From: Heteronotia binoei
Taxonomy: Eukaryota
DNA: 64,000 nucleotides
NCBI RefSeq assembly: GCF_032191835.1
Contig: NC_083237.1
Location: 22,320,001-22,384,000 of the forward strand
Reading direction: 5' to 3'
Positions 1 to 30,911 of the stretch are shown one piece after another. Every line of letters starts with the position of its first letter. Within the stretch, counting starts at the first letter, position 1. Below the pieces are notes generated by a model that was not told the origin of the DNA, searched no databases, and saw nothing but the letters and a program-made list of their open reading frames with translations. The position numbers and the translations under genes are program-made.

Positions 1-1318
1 CTGGGAGTCCTGGCACAAGACCTACAAGGACAAAAGCCATCTGCTGTTAGTTGAAGAACTCAGCAAGGTTGAGTGGAAAAGTTGGCTGGATCCAACCCAG
101 GTTTGGACAGTATCCCAATGTGTGATTGATTTATATAATCATTCTGCATTGCAAATGTAAAATCTACACGGGCCATGATAAACATCTGAATTAATGATCA
201 CTTTCTTTCCCACATTAATAACGTCCACTCAGAAGAGCAATAACAATAATTAATTCTAATAGTTAGTCATTGGAAGTAAGTAGCATTTATACAGGACTGG
301 AGGGTTCAAACCACTTCATGTAACTGATAGTGTTGTAAGCCTTACACCTAGTGTTGACAACTCCAGCTTAGAAAATTCCTGGAGATTTGGGAGTGATGCC
401 TGGGGAGAGCAAAGTTTGAGGAAGGGAGGACGTTCATTGGAGATGTAATTCTATAGGGTTCACCCTCCAAAACTGACATGTGCCCTAGGGAAGCTAATCT
501 CTGTAGTCTGGAGATGTTATATAATGCCACTCCAGGCACCACCTGGAGGTTGACAGGCCTATGTACAACCCTGTAAGGTTTGTATTATTATGCTTGTATT
601 ATGGGACTTTGTGGGGAGTCTGAAGCAGACAGAGTGGCTTCTTGCCTCAGTTCACCTCATAAATTTGATGGTGTTGAGGTGAAATCTGGCCTTCCTGTCA
701 GGTGAGAGGACTTCAACAGTTGCTTTTTAATGGCCCTTGGAGAAAAGAAGAGCTGCCTGAAACAGTTTTCTACAGACCTTCCCAGTTCATGTGATATAAC
801 TTAGTAGAATCCTATACCTTTACTGTAAAGTGAAACTCTGCCCCATGCCCTATCATTTACAGTGATAAAATCTGTAAAGACACATCGCAGAGCTTTGGTG
901 GCTCTTCACCCTTTTGAGTCCTTTCTCTGGGCAGCTCTGTTTTTCTTGGCAGCTTCAGACATTTCGGTTTTCAAAAGCTTTTAACCTGTGCTGACACATT
1001 TATAATATTTTCTACAATGTTGTTTTAACCTTCCCGTCTATGGTTTTAAGAGTACATCACTTTAATCACTTTTTTAAAAAATGCGTTTTCACATCTCTGG
1101 CACAAAAATATATAAGTAGATATCTGATAAATAACCCTGCTGTATCAAAACAGAACAAATCTGATGGGTGCAGAGCACTCTCTGGTGGTGGGAACGGGAC
1201 AGAATCAGCTGGATATCATGGCACTTGCAAACCAAGAAGGGATTTTCACACAACTTCCCAGGATTCCTGGCTTCAGTTAACTGGCTGTGCAGATGACATG
1301 GGGATAAATGGGTTAAAA

Positions 1319-2124
1319 CAGGAGTGTCAAACTCATTTGTAATGGGGGCCAGATCTGACATAAGTGAGACCTTGTCAGGCTGGGCCATGTGTGTCATAAA
1401 CTGTAGTGCCAGGTAGTGGAGATATAGGGCGTTTTCGCACTGACCTTACTCGGGAGCGATGTCCCTCTTCACCGCGCAGCGTCTGCGCGGATTTCGCACT
1501 AATTGCTCCGCAGAACCCGGAAGAGCCGCAAAGTCCCGCGGCTTTCGCTTCGCAAATGTAAACTGGGTTTTGGCCAGTTTACATTTGTGACGCAAAAGCC
1601 GCGGGACTTTGCGGCTCTTCCGGGTTCTGCGGAGCAATTAGTGCGAAATCTGCACAGATGCTGCGCGGTGAAGAAGGACGTCGCTCCCAAGTAAGGTCAG
1701 TGCGAAAACGCTCATAAACTTCATAAAGGACACAGACAATTACAACGAAAGATTTTGTATATCTCCTGTGTGATTGAGAGAACTGGGCAAAGGACGCTCT
1801 GGCTCTTGCCTTACCTCCCCACAGGATGAGGAGGGGATGGAGCCTCAGCCAATAGAAGGAGGCTTGGCTCAGTAGCTCTGCTGTGTGATTGAGAGAGCCT
1901 AGCAAAGCAAGCTCTCCCTCCTCCCCTTCCTCCCCAAGTAAGGAGCCTCAGCCAGTGGAGAAAATAGAGGCTTTGCTCCTGTGCAATTGAGCAAGCCTGG
2001 CAAAGCAAGCTGTGACACAGAAGGAAACAAGAGAAAGGGAGAAGAAAGCAGAGTTGTTTGTGGGCCTGATAGGAACCCTCCGGGGGCCTGATCCGGCCCC
2101 CGGGCTGCACATTTGACACCCCTG
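1319..2124. mobile_element. Non-autonomous hAT element with a nested MITE
   Basis: TIRs CAGGAGTGTCAAAC / ATTTGACACCCCTG; 8-bp TSD GGTTAAAA / GGTTAAAG; internal imperfect ~100-bp repeats at about 1770-2010. Confidence 0.8.
1427..1713. mobile_element. Fully palindromic 287-bp MITE (3-bp TSD, possibly PIF/Harbinger-type)
   Basis: The arms GGGCGTTTTCGCACTGACCTTA... / ...TAAGGTCAGTGCGAAAACGCTC pair almost to the centre (loop 1567-1574); flanked by ATA/ATA. The ORF track shows near-identical peptides on opposite strands (1446-1637 - and 1503-1694 +). Confidence 0.85.
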
Positions 2125-2438
2125 GGTTAAAGCATGAGATGGAGGGAACAACTGGCAAGAAGGCTCTATAATTTTCTGAGCAAAAAAGGGGGGGGGGGTG
2201 ATATCTGGAACCAGGACTTTTAGATTCTTTTACACAGGGCTTTTTTGTAGAAAACAACTTATTTGCATATTAGGCCACACACCCCTGATGTTGCCATTGT
2301 TTCTATATAGAATTGGATGACAGGGTGCATGTATTATTTGGGTGGGAAGATGGGCAGGTCCCATGAGACTCAGATTCTGAAATTCAAGAGGTGGAGCCTG
2401 GGAGTAAAAGATGGTTCCTCATGGTTCAGGAAGTGGAG

Positions 2439-2651
2439 TAGGCCTGCCAACCTCCAGGTGGGGCCTGGAGATCTCCCACTTTGACAACTGATCTCCAGCC
2501 AGCAGAGATCAGCTCCTCTGGAGAAAATGGCTGCTTTGAAGGGAGCACTCTTTGGCATTGTACCATGCTGAGGCCCTCCCCAAACCCCGCCCTCTCCTGG
2601 ATCCACCCCCAAAGTCTTCAGGTATTTTCCAACACAGACCTGGCCACCCTA
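2439..2651. mobile_element. ~210-bp hAT-Blackjack-like MITE (representative copy)
   Basis: TAGGGTTGCCA-type TIRs. Related copies at about 349-561, 2819-3100, 5972-6175, 7677-7885, 13685-13890 and 60477-60670. Confidence 0.65.
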
Positions 2652-2931
2652 AGGTGGAACCTCAGAGCTAAGGAATAGTTCATCATGGGTTAGAAAGTAG
2701 AGCCTGAGGCAAAGAAGAAATGGCACCTGGCTTGTCAGAACTTGGCTCGCGCTTGGTGGTTCAGAAGTGGAGCCAGAAGAATATAAAGGCAGAGGCAAGA
2801 GGCCCTTTGATTCCGTCTAGGATTGCCAAATCCATGTTGAGAAATTCCTGGAGATTTCAGGGTGGAGCCTGTGGAAGTGGGGAGAGAGGATGGGGAGGGG
2901 ATGGACCTCAATGGAGTACAATGCCCTAGAC

Positions 2932-3068
2932 CAGGGGTGGCCAAGGGTAGCTCTCCATATGTTTTTTTGCCTACAACTCCCATCAGCCTCAGCCAGCATG
3001 ATCAATGGCTGGGGCTGATGGGAGTTGTAGGCAAAAAACATCTGGAGAGCTACCCTTGTCCACCCCTG
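2932..3068. mobile_element. Palindromic hAT MITE nested in an older hAT-Blackjack-like element
   Basis: TIR CAGGGGTGG... / ...CACCCCTG; perfect TSD CCCTAGAC. A second copy lies at 60926-61074. Confidence 0.85.
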
Positions 3069-3346
3069 CCCTAGACCCCACCCTCCAAGGCAGCCATTTC
3101 TCTCTCAGGCAAAGCTTTTTTAATCTTGGAAACAAAGTGATTAATAAAGTGGTGCAGTTGGTACTTGCTTATTATGAAGCTGTTTCTGTTCACAAAGAGG
3201 ATTTCTGTTCACAAAGATGCCACAACTTTGGCATTGATTCCAGGATGTTACCCTGTCCCACTGTTCTGTACCATTCCATCCTTCCTCCTACCTTGTCCCC
3301 TAAGCCTTCCCTTCACGTTCACTCCAAGTTAATCGCACATCCATCA

Positions 3347-3359
3347 GTTTGTCATTAAC
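3347..3359 (-). promoter_or_regulatory. Candidate HNF1 site, SLC5A2 proximal promoter
   Basis: Reverse complement GTTAATGACAAAC matches GTTAATNATTAAC at 11 of 13 positions, about 80 bp upstream of the ATG. HNF1A is an established regulator of mammalian SGLT2. Confidence 0.55.
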
Positions 3360-3438
3360 CATCCATGTGGGATTCCTTCTGAGAAGCTGTCTCAGTTGCC
3401 CATTTGGCTGTGGAAAATCTGGAACTTACTATCTCACT

Positions 3439-21117
<17,679 letters not shown>

Positions 21118-21658
21118 GTGCTCTCTGTGACCTTTAACCTCTGATCCCCATTCCTCCAAGGGTGCCTCTGAGGAACAACAGGAGCAACAAGATGGAAGCA
21201 AAGCTGGTAGGGAACTTAAAGGCTACCAAGGCCCAACCACGTCTGCAAACCAGGATTACCAAGCCTACTTATAATCACCTCACACCTATCTAAAACTGCA
21301 AGCACCTGCAAGGCAATACAATGTCCTGGCTTAAAGACCATTCACCGATGCCAGCAAATATCCAACTGGAGGAAGAAAAAAATATCATTGTTCATTGGTG
21401 CTCGGGTGCCTAGGGCTTCCTTGGGCCCTGTTCATTATCCATTCCTGTACCTTGGACAAGACATGCACGCTTGACAACTGCTCACCCACATCCCCTCCCT
21501 CCTCCTTTGTTATACACACCTGACCCTCCCAAATGCACACACCCCTTTCTCACAGTTTTCACTCCTGCATCATAATCCAAAAGATTATGAACCCCCTCAA
21601 ATTCATACCTCACTCGCAGCTGTTCTGATCCAGGTTTAGGGATGACAGAAAACATGTT

Positions 21659-21664
21659 AATAAA
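21659..21664 (+). terminator. Probable SLC5A2 polyadenylation signal
   Basis: AATAAA about 540 nt after the stop codon, followed by GT/T-rich sequence. Confidence 0.55.
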
Positions 21665-22350
21665 CCAGAAAACAACTGATTTTTGTGCATGCATGTGTGC
21701 TCTGGATTGGAGGGAAAGTGTTTTACTTTGGGTCATTTGCATAGAGGCACACCAGACTGGTGGGACACAGATGGTCCTAAACAGGGAGTTTACTGGAAGA
21801 GAAGATCCTACCCCCACATGTCCTGTCAGTCATGGCCTTTGGGTGGAAGATCCAATTGTGTGTGAGTGTGTGTGGTGTGCCTAACTGCTTAATTTAAGAG
21901 GGCAGCTGTGCTGGTCAGCATCTGAAGAGCTAGAGCAGGGCTGTCCAAACTTGCTTAACGTAACAGCCTCATAGAATACATGTTTGACGAAAGGAAGCAA
22001 AATAGATAGGATGGAGGTGGAAAGAAAACAACTTTAAATGCATTTCCCAAGCTGCCGGCTGGTTTGGCTTGGAGAAATGATTTAAAGAGACAAATGCCCT
22101 CTCCAAGCTGGCCAATGGGGCGGTGGGGGCTTTGAGAGCCACACAAATATGTCTGAAAGAGCCACATGTGGCTCCCGAGCTGCAGTTTGGCCAGATTTGA
22201 GTCCAGTGGCACAATGAGATCAACAAAAATGGAGAGTCAAAGCTGCCTTTATCTGGTGAAGAACAAAGTCCTGTTGCTTCAGACCAACACAGCTACCCAC
22301 TGGAATGGATCTGACAAAGGAAGCCTTTGACTCTCAGAAGCTTCTACTCC

Positions 22351-22621
22351 CAGTTTGGTGTAGCAGTTAAGTGCGTGAACTCTTATCTGGGAGAACTGGG
22401 TTTGATTCCCCACTCCTCCACTTGCAGTGCTGGGATGGCCTTGGGTCTGCCATAGCTCTCGCAGAGCTGTCCTTGAAAGGCCAGCTTCTGTGAGAGCCCT
22501 CTCAGCCTCACCCACCTCACAGGGTGTCTGTTGTGGGGGAAGGAGATAAAGGAGATTGTGACCACTCTGAGATTCTGATTCAGAGAGAAGGGTGGGGTAT
22601 AAATCTACAGTCTTCTTCTTC
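22351..22621 (+). mobile_element. tRNA-derived SINE with L2-like tail and (TTC)n end (Squam3-like, tentative)
   Basis: TTTGGTGTAG...GGTTTGATTCCC A/B boxes. Near-identical minus-strand copies at 25069-25348, 40841-41106 and 57867-58125; tandem plus-strand pair at about 17486-17985; older copies at about 31720-31920, 39050-39180 and 52940-53560. Confidence 0.75.
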
Positions 22622-23061
22622 CCAAAACCTTGTTGGTTTCTAAGATGGTACTGGAATCGAATCTGGTTCTTTCACACACATATAAATGTACAGCTATACC
22701 AATAATATCCTGTTTGCCTGGAAGGAAAACTAGCCTCCCCCACCCACAGTACTATAAAAAAAAAATAGGGAATCATCTTAAATTCAACTGCAATTTACGG
22801 GTAATAAAGAACTTTGGGCTGGTTGTCTTACTGTCAGGGCCTTGCTCCTTTTGAGTAAATATGGTACTTAATGCTTACTATTTACAATGGGCTTGCTCCT
22901 AGGATTCCATGCCACTCGTGGCAGAACCCTTCCAGTGAAAGAGGTGCATTCCACAGCAGCGATGCTCGTTCTGCCAGAGGAAAGCTGAGTTGTTAACGGG
23001 ATGCACGTCATCCCACCACTTTAAAAATGCTAAAAATTGCTCTAAACATCTGTACAAAAGT

Positions 23062-23067
23062 TTTATT
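23062..23067 (-). terminator. Probable RUSF1 polyadenylation signal
   Basis: AATAAA on the minus strand about 200 nt after the stop codon. Confidence 0.55.
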
Positions 23068-23259
23068 TTTGTGGTCCTGTTCCACCCCTCCCCCCCAAAA
23101 AAATGTACTTTCACAGGGACAGGTGACCTACTCCTGCTGCCCTCCTCTCCTTCACGTTGATATTACAGGTGCTGGCATCAGGGACACAATCAGCACTGGC
23201 TCCCATCTTGGTTTCAGCACGCAAATGTCCCTGGTATCAAGGCTGATGATCTCCCAGAG

Positions 23260-26200
23260 TCAAAGACTTTTCTTCCCATCCATGGTCCAATCCACACGCC
23301 ACTCCTCGGAGCCGAGAAGGTTCCGGTCAGTAATCCACCCTGCTGACGTCAGCCCTGGAAAAGGCAGAGATGGGTCGAAAGAGAAAGAAAGGCAGGAGCT
23401 GGAAATGTGGACATTTGCTGATTTTTATACTTTGCAATTTCATACTTTGCATACTTGGAAGGAATGAATATAAAGCAGGAAGCTATATTTTATCCATGCA
23501 AGTGCAAAAGTCAGCTGCATAAATCAGAAAAATCTCAGCTTTTACTTCAAGCACATTTCTAAATGAAGATCAGGTTGAACATCTGTTGCAGGGCATCACA
23601 AGACTGAAGGAAGCTGGGAACGACATCTAAAAATTATTTTTTGGGGGGGAGGGCTGTCCAACCTTTCACAAAAGTTCAGTGCCCATCCCCACATCTGGCA
23701 GCAGCAGATCAAATTATGCCAAACAAGCAACTGGATGCAAATAGGTTTAATTCGCATAAATTGTTCAGATAGTATTCAGCTTTTCTTTATGCAAGCTTCA
23801 GATTTGTGGTTGTTAAAGGTCTTTACTTTGATGACATACCTGTCAGGAATGCGGGGAAGATCCTGTCCAATAGTTGCTGCATTTCAGAAAGTGTAGTCCA
23901 GTCCTTTTTATAAGGGTCTGAAGGATCAAAAACAGGCAAAAAGTAATGATACATAAAGCAGTGATACATAAAATCTATTTGCATAACAGAAGGAATATGC
24001 TGAACAGAAGCGATATACTGGAGGTAACAGGCAGGAAGCACAAATAAAACAAACACACGAATAGTGTTCCCTCTAAGTGGAGGTAGTGAGAGCCAGATCA
24101 CAGGTTTTTAACCTCTGTTTTAGCTCAGGAAAGATGGCTCCAGAGCAAACTGATTTATGCAGTAGCCAAATCGCTCGCTCCCAACTTTAATGCCAGTAGC
24201 TCACAATGCTCCACAGCTTAGAAGGAACACTGCACATAAATGAGATAACCTCAATGGGACTGGGAAAAATCTCTTCCCAAGGAACGCACAAGGAATAACG
24301 AGGTTGTAAGAAGCTGCTTGGCCCTTGCCTGATGGCCCAGACTAGCTTGTTCTCACCAGGTCTTGGAAGCTAAGCTAGGTCGGCTGTAGTTAATGCTTAT
24401 TCTACAAAAAAAGCCATGCCCAGCTCCATTTATGGTGACTGGCAGCAACACTCCCACGCCACAGCCAGACATCCTTCCCAGCTCTCCTGCCCAAGATCCT
24501 TCAAGCAAAGATACCAACACTCTGTCACACAGTGGCAAAAAAAACCCAGGCGCCATCAGGAGGTCTGCAAAGGGTGGCTACTGAGCTACGGTCCCCAAGT
24601 TGGATTCCTTCCCCCTCCCACGCCATCTCCAGATTCACTTCCTGGTTCATCACCTTCTTGTAGCCTACGCTGCAAATCCAGGAGAGACTTTCCTTCCACG
24701 ACAGATGCTGCTACATCCTGATGCAGCAATACCTCCAGGATGAGAGCATGGCTGCAGGCTTTAATGACATCCACGCTGCCTGCCTCTTGGTGCAAAACTA
24801 CAGAAACTGTCCCTATGGGAAGCAAGAAGGGACAAAGGAGTTAGAGAATGCTGGGACTTCTCACACACAGAGTCCCGGTAGCTGTGGGAATCCCTGCCTG
24901 TACCTCTGTTCTAGTCATTTCTTTAAGCATTTTCACTTCAAGATGGGGACCAAAAGAGCCTGGCAACATACAAAAATACAATTTCAATTTCAACTAATAA
25001 AAACAAACAATATACACACTGACTTGTAACTGCTCACCAGGTTGTATTAATAAGTGCTGGGATCCCCAGAAGAAGAAGAAGACTGCAGATTTATACCCCA
25101 CCCTTCTCTCTGAATCAGACTCAGAGTGGCTTACAATCTCCTATATCTTCTCCCCTCACAACAGACACCCTGTGAGGTGGGTGGGGCTGAGAGGGCTCTC
25201 ACAGCAGCTGCCCTTTCAAGGACAACTCCTACAAGAGCTATGACTGTCCCGAGACCATTCCAGCAGCTGCAAGTGGAGGAGTGGGGAATCAAACCCGGTC
25301 CTCCCAGATAAAAGTCCGCACACTTAACTACTACACTACACTACACCAGCCTCCCCCTCTTTTGTATGACTCTCCCACATACTCACCTGCTGCTTGGTTG
25401 AAGAAGAGTAAGTAGTTGGAAGAGTTTCCCTCAAGAGCTTTCTGGAAATCAGCGGTGCTGGTGGAGATTAGAGGAAGTATTAATTCGAAAAGTTAAGAAT
25501 ATGCTTCACAATTGGGGATTTGTGGGAGAAGGAGAAGAAAAAGACTGACAGACAGAATGAATGGAGAGAACTAGAAAAGATGAGCCTCTGCAACTCCTCT
25601 GGATTTTCCAGAAAGGATATTTTGTGTGAGCAAAGGTTGCTTTTGGAACCAGCCAGTTGGTAGAAAAAGAACATGCTGTCAAGAGGCAACCAGGCAAGGA
25701 GACCAGCAGAGGGGGTTTGCCCTTGCCTTCTCCTGCACAGAGACCCCTCTTCCTTGGGGGTCTCCAATCCAAATACAAACCAGAGCTTACCCTGCTTAGC
25801 TTCCAGATTCTGACAAGACTGGACCAAGCTGGGTAGAAGTAACATATCGTTCGTTTGCTTTTAAAATTTCTAATACATCTTTTCAGTTGTATTGTCCAAA
25901 GCAGTTTTTAATGAAAAATTAGGACTGTTAAGTCAGGTGCACCCAATTCACAAAAACAACATCAAAAACAAAATTAGCAGATTGGAGGAGGAGGAGGAGA
26001 GGAATTCAACAGATGTCACTCACCTGGAGACCAATGTATGAAGCGGTGCCCCCAGGATCAGCTTGAGTTGCCATTGGGAGCCTACAAAGAGAGAGGGAGG
26101 GAGAAACCATGTTTCAATAGCTAGCAAGAGATACGAAAGCCAGCTTCTCTAAGTGCAGTGCTCTTGAGGCCCTGTAGTTCTCACAGCCTTGACTCTAGAA

Positions 26201-29200
26201 GCAAACCCTTGGTTACCTAGCAACAGGGGCTCCTTGGGGTTGGCAAGTGCAGGGCCTGGCACCTTCCCCCATCGCAGGAAATGGCGCAAGACCAGGCGCA
26301 GCCGGGCCTGGTTGAGAGTCTCCATGCAGACAGCCCTCACTGCCCGATAGTTGGCGTAGAGGTGCAAGATAGTGAAGAGAGCATAGAGGGCATAGGTGAG
26401 GCTGAAGGGGAAGGAGGCACAGGAGTTAGAGAAAGGCCTGACTTCACCAAGCCTGGCCCTCTTTCTCTTCATCCTCACAACTTTTGGCTTCCCACAATCC
26501 TCTGGTGCACCACACAGCAAGGAGTGGCGTCAGTTCACTCACTGGAGGTTGTCAGCTACGAGAGGGATGAGGAAGAGACTGCAGAGGAGGCCAGCTAAGT
26601 TCACCAGTGTCTCCTGGAGAAACAAGGAACCAAGTCAAGGAGAGAGCAAATTGCAGGCTCTGAGAATTTTACAGCCATGCTGAGGGTTGAACAATTTCTC
26701 CTCTGCCAGGCCAAGCCAAGCTCTCACCTGGCTTCCATCCTTGGCTGACACATCCGCCATGTTGTCCCTCCGGGCCTGGTGCATGGTAAGGGCTGCCCGA
26801 GTGGCACCTCCAGCAACTCCCACAATGCACTGGGGCAGAAAGAGGGAAGGAGAGGAAGCGGGATTGAAGAGAGGGCCTTGCAGTCCACATACAGAGTTCC
26901 AACTGTATAACTAAAACTCAACAAAGAGCATCATGCCAAACTGCGCATTCTCACCTCCAAGGAATCGTGATTGCTCCCACCACCAGTGTCTTCCTGGGTG
27001 TTACATCACTACTTCTTTCTCAATATCTCACACAACTTACCCCCAATCCACCTCCCTTTTGTCCATCACTTATTGCTGCAATATCTCACCAAACCAATTC
27101 CCACCCGCTTCCATAGGATGCTGTTTTTAATACCTTGAAAAAACCACTGATGCACACAATAAGAGTGAAGCATGCTGGGAAGGCAGGTGCCAGGATCTCC
27201 ATTAAGATGGCAACATCATTGAGTATGTCTGCAAAGAGCCTAAATGCAGAGAGGGTCAGAGGGCAAAGGTCAATTAGCTTGAGTCAAAGGGCAACATAAG
27301 CACCCATGAAGGGCACCTGTCAATTCAATCACCATTTTGCAATACATTTATATACCGGTGATGATGTTCTAAATTTGTATCTAATAATGGGAATGAAATC
27401 TATAACTGGGATCAAAAATCTTACCGCCATTGCTTGGCATCACAGTCCAGTTTGTTCCTGGGAGAAAAAGCAAAAAAGGAAAGCATCAGAATCCTGAAGA
27501 ACCTAATCAAAACTCCAAAAGCCATCTATTTGCAGCCCCACTGCAAATGCACAAATGGGGAGGAGGGGCAGGGAAGCAGAACTCACCCCTTGCTCCATGC
27601 AAAAAGAATTCGCCCCAGCATTCCTGTCCCATCTGCAACGGAAGGGATTGAGGCAGATGTGAGACAGGGTGGGGCAGTGGGAAGAGTGCACTGGGGAGAG
27701 CTGGGGTCATATGGGTCCCTTTGCCATGGAGTGCAGTGGCTGGCCTTGACCCAGCCACACTCTCGGCTTGCCTGCATCGCAGGGTTGTCATGAGGATGAA
27801 ACAGAGGGGGAGAACCACATCCATTCACCACACTGAACTCCATGGGAAAAGAACAGAAGACAGACAGAGAGAGACAGAAAGAAAGAGGGAGGGAGGGAGG
27901 GAGAGAGGAGGGAGGGAGGAAGAGAAGAGAAGAGTATTCAGGGCAGACTGGGGTGGTTGAGTGGGGCGCAAAATTTAAAATAAAGCATGACCTTTAATAG
28001 AGAGTTGACACTGAAACTGGTCATCCTGGGAGAATGACTCTGGCTCCAAATCAATATGAAAAGGAACCAGTGTTCCCTCAAAGCTGAATTTTGTGTGAGC
28101 TAACTCACAGTTTTTAGCCTCCGGCTCACACACTGTTGTCTTAGCTCAGGAAGGATGGCCCCAGAGCAAGCTAATTGATGCAGTAGCCAAATGGCTTGCT
28201 CAACTTTAATGCCAGTAATTCATGAAGCAGAATTTTTGCTCACAGGACTCCACAGGTGAGAGGGAACCTATGTGGCATACAAATGTATGTGTCATGCTTT
28301 TTTTTTTAGCATGCTCAAGTTCAGTTACCATTTGAAGGAAATACACAAATGCCCAGCTAACAGCTTCTGTGCCTATCTATTGCATCTTTACAAACACATG
28401 GTCTCTACTGCATGTTCATATATTTGCCACATAAGAGGCCCTCAAATTTGGAGGAGAAAGTAATGAGGTGGAGTCAGATGTAAGGACACAAGGAAGAAAA
28501 TATGAACATCTGGAGTTCTTATGTGAAGCTGGAAAAGCAGAAAGAACTCCAGTGAGGGGAGGGAGTGGGTTCAGATCAAGGAGATCTTGCAGGAGCAGGA
28601 GCAAAAGTATTGGTCCATTAACACATTACAAAGGCAAGTTCTGAAGTTCATCTGAACGACAGTGTGCTGGTAGAAGGTATTTGTCCCTGCCCCATATTGT
28701 TTTGGAATCACTACTTGCTCTGCTGGAAAAACAAGGAGGTAGTGACAGCCAGGGTCGGCCCTGCCACTAGGCAAACTGGGCGACTGCCTAGGGCGCCAGC
28801 CTTTTGGGGGTGCCAAATTGGGCACCCACCATATGACACAGTGACATTATCAGTGCAAGGGGAGGCATCAGAAGTCAGCCTTGCCTAGGGTGCCAGACTG
28901 TCTAGGGACGGCCCTACAGCTACAAATAAGTTTCTACAGTGGGGCAAACAGTGGCTTCCCATGGGCCATTTCAGGTCTGGAAAACAATACTGGTGGGGGA
29001 AGTCTAACCACACTTCTCCCTACCACACACATATTACAATCCTAATCCAAATCAGGGCCACCTGTGCCTGGGAGGCATAGAACTCCAGAATGCACCCTTG
29101 TACCATGTGACTCGGCCCTATGACTGGGTTCAAGCTGGGACACAGCGGTAAAAGAGGAAGAAGTCTGAAGCTGTGGGATTTTCTGCTGCTTTAAAAGGCT

Positions 29201-30911
29201 AGTTCCTAGGGACCCAGAAATTAACATAGGCATTTCCAGCAAGCAAATCAAGGGATAAGATATGGCAGGGATGCTCAGTGACAGATGAACCGAAGGGGGG
29301 CCTACCTTTCAGTATCCACGTGACTGTGGCAGCGGCGACGGTTGAAGTCTCGTCCCCGACTCCCACTCCTTTCAGCACAGCCTGGGTGGCCAGTGTCCCA
29401 GTGATGCTGCTAGCAAAAGCCTGAGTGAAAGAGGGGGAAGGAGAGAGGGAGGATTAAGGCAGAGCAAGGGTGGATGACCCTCAAAAATCAAGAAGTGGGG
29501 GAAGAGATTTTGCCTCAATTAACCAACACTTGTCGCTTTCTCTGACTTTCAATATCTGATCCCACCCAAGTCTCACACAGTCCCATTCATGGCAGAAGCC
29601 TGCTTGGAGAACAGTAATCCCTCCACCCTCCCTAAACAGAAGTTCTGTTTTCCTTTTCTCAGCCCCTGGCAAGCAGAGAAGAGAGCTACTTCTCAACTGG
29701 AAAAGAGAAGTCCCACATGCTGGGTTGGATAAGTCATGGCCCTCACCTGCACGGTGTCCCAGATCTGGTAGGCAAGATAATCCGGGCTTACGCTTTCAGG
29801 ATAGCCCTGAGGTAGGAAGACCGACTGTGGAAGGGGGTGGGGAGAGAAAGAAAATATGTCAATATTATTTGGAATCCTCAAGAACTAGTGTCTCTCCTTG
29901 GGTACCACATCCTTCTTACCTGCAAGGTGACTCAAAGATCGGTGGCCATGTCATCTTTTTCCAAGTGTTATTAATTATTAAGACTGCAGCTGGTCTCATT
30001 CAAAGCAGACATAATTAATAGGGAAAAGTGGACCACGTGCTTATCCAATGAGGAAAAAATATATTAAAAGCTAGTATGCTATCAGAACAGGCCAACAGAT
30101 AATTTAAACAAGAAAACAGGACATTTGGTAGGAAAGGGAGAGTGGGATGCAATTTTTAAAATAAAAAAAAGAATTAAGTATTGTTTTCCATACTGCAGGG
30201 GTATATCGACCTTAGACACACTACCAATTGGTCAGTATAAACTTTTTTAAATATATAGTATCGTAGAAATGAAGTGCCTATAAACTGATGAGGATAAGCC
30301 AAGGTAGTAATCAGTATTCTCTCTAAGCTGCAGAGTCTTGTGAGTAAAAATTCTACTTTGTGAGCTACTGACAGGGCTTTTTTTGTAGCAGGAACTCCTT
30401 CGCATATTAGGCCACACTCCCCTGATGTAGCCATTCCTCCTGGAGCTTACCGTAGGCCCTGTACTAAGAGCCCTGTAAGCTCTTGTAGCATTGGCTACAT
30501 AGGAGGGGTGTGGCCTAATATGCAAAGGAGTTCCTGCTAAAAAAAGCCCTAGCTACTGACATTAAAGTTGTGAGATACTGGCTTTAAAGTTGTCAGCTAC
30601 TGCATAAATTAGTTTGCTGTGGGGCCATTTTTCCTGAGCAGTGAGCCGGAAGCTAAAAATCTGTGAGCTAGCTCACGCTAACTCAGCTTAGAGGGAACAC
30701 TGGTAACAATTGACCTGAATAACCTTCAGGCGCCTCTTGGAAAGAGCAGCCGTTTGCTCACCATGAAGACATCCCGTAGTGATCGGTATGCCTGATCTTC
30801 AGGTCTGTCTGGAACACATCTCAGGGTCCCATCAGGCAAGGGCTGGTAATGCTGAGCTCTGCGGGAGCCGTAACTCTCCGTGCAAAGTGGAGGGGTCCCA
30901 AATCCAGTCAT
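23260..30911 (-). CDS. RUSF1: RUS family member 1 (C16orf58; DUF647), 14 coding exons, 448 aa
   Basis: Exons (high to low): 30911-30762, 29824-29747, 29420-29306, 27632-27587, 27457-27425, 27239-27134, 26829-26728, 26613-26543, 26401-26217, 26081-26024, 25457-25387, 24812-24654, 23917-23840, 23354-23260. GT-AG, in frame, 1347 nt. Recognisable peptides: VFLPQGYPESVSPDYLAYQIWD, LDCDAKQWRLFADILND, GVAGGATRAALTMHQARRDNMADVSAKDGSQETLVNLAG, HLYANYRAVRAV. Confidence 0.93.
28750..28916. mobile_element. hAT (Tip100-like) MITE
   Basis: TIR CAGGGTCGGCCCT / AGGGACGGCCCT; right TSD partly deleted. Confidence 0.6.
30372..30551. mobile_element. Palindromic hAT MITE (CAGGGCTTTTTTTGTAG family) nested in another hAT MITE
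   Basis: Perfect TSD GCTACTGA, inside host element 30312-30702. Related or partial copies at about 2235-2300, 9625-9678, 12810-12980, 20515-20643 and 53935-54053. Confidence 0.85.

Noticed and set aside
1446-1694. Two near-identical 63-aa ORFs on opposite strands (MLRRTRKSRKVPRL...)
   Set aside because: An artefact of the palindromic MITE, not duplicated genes.
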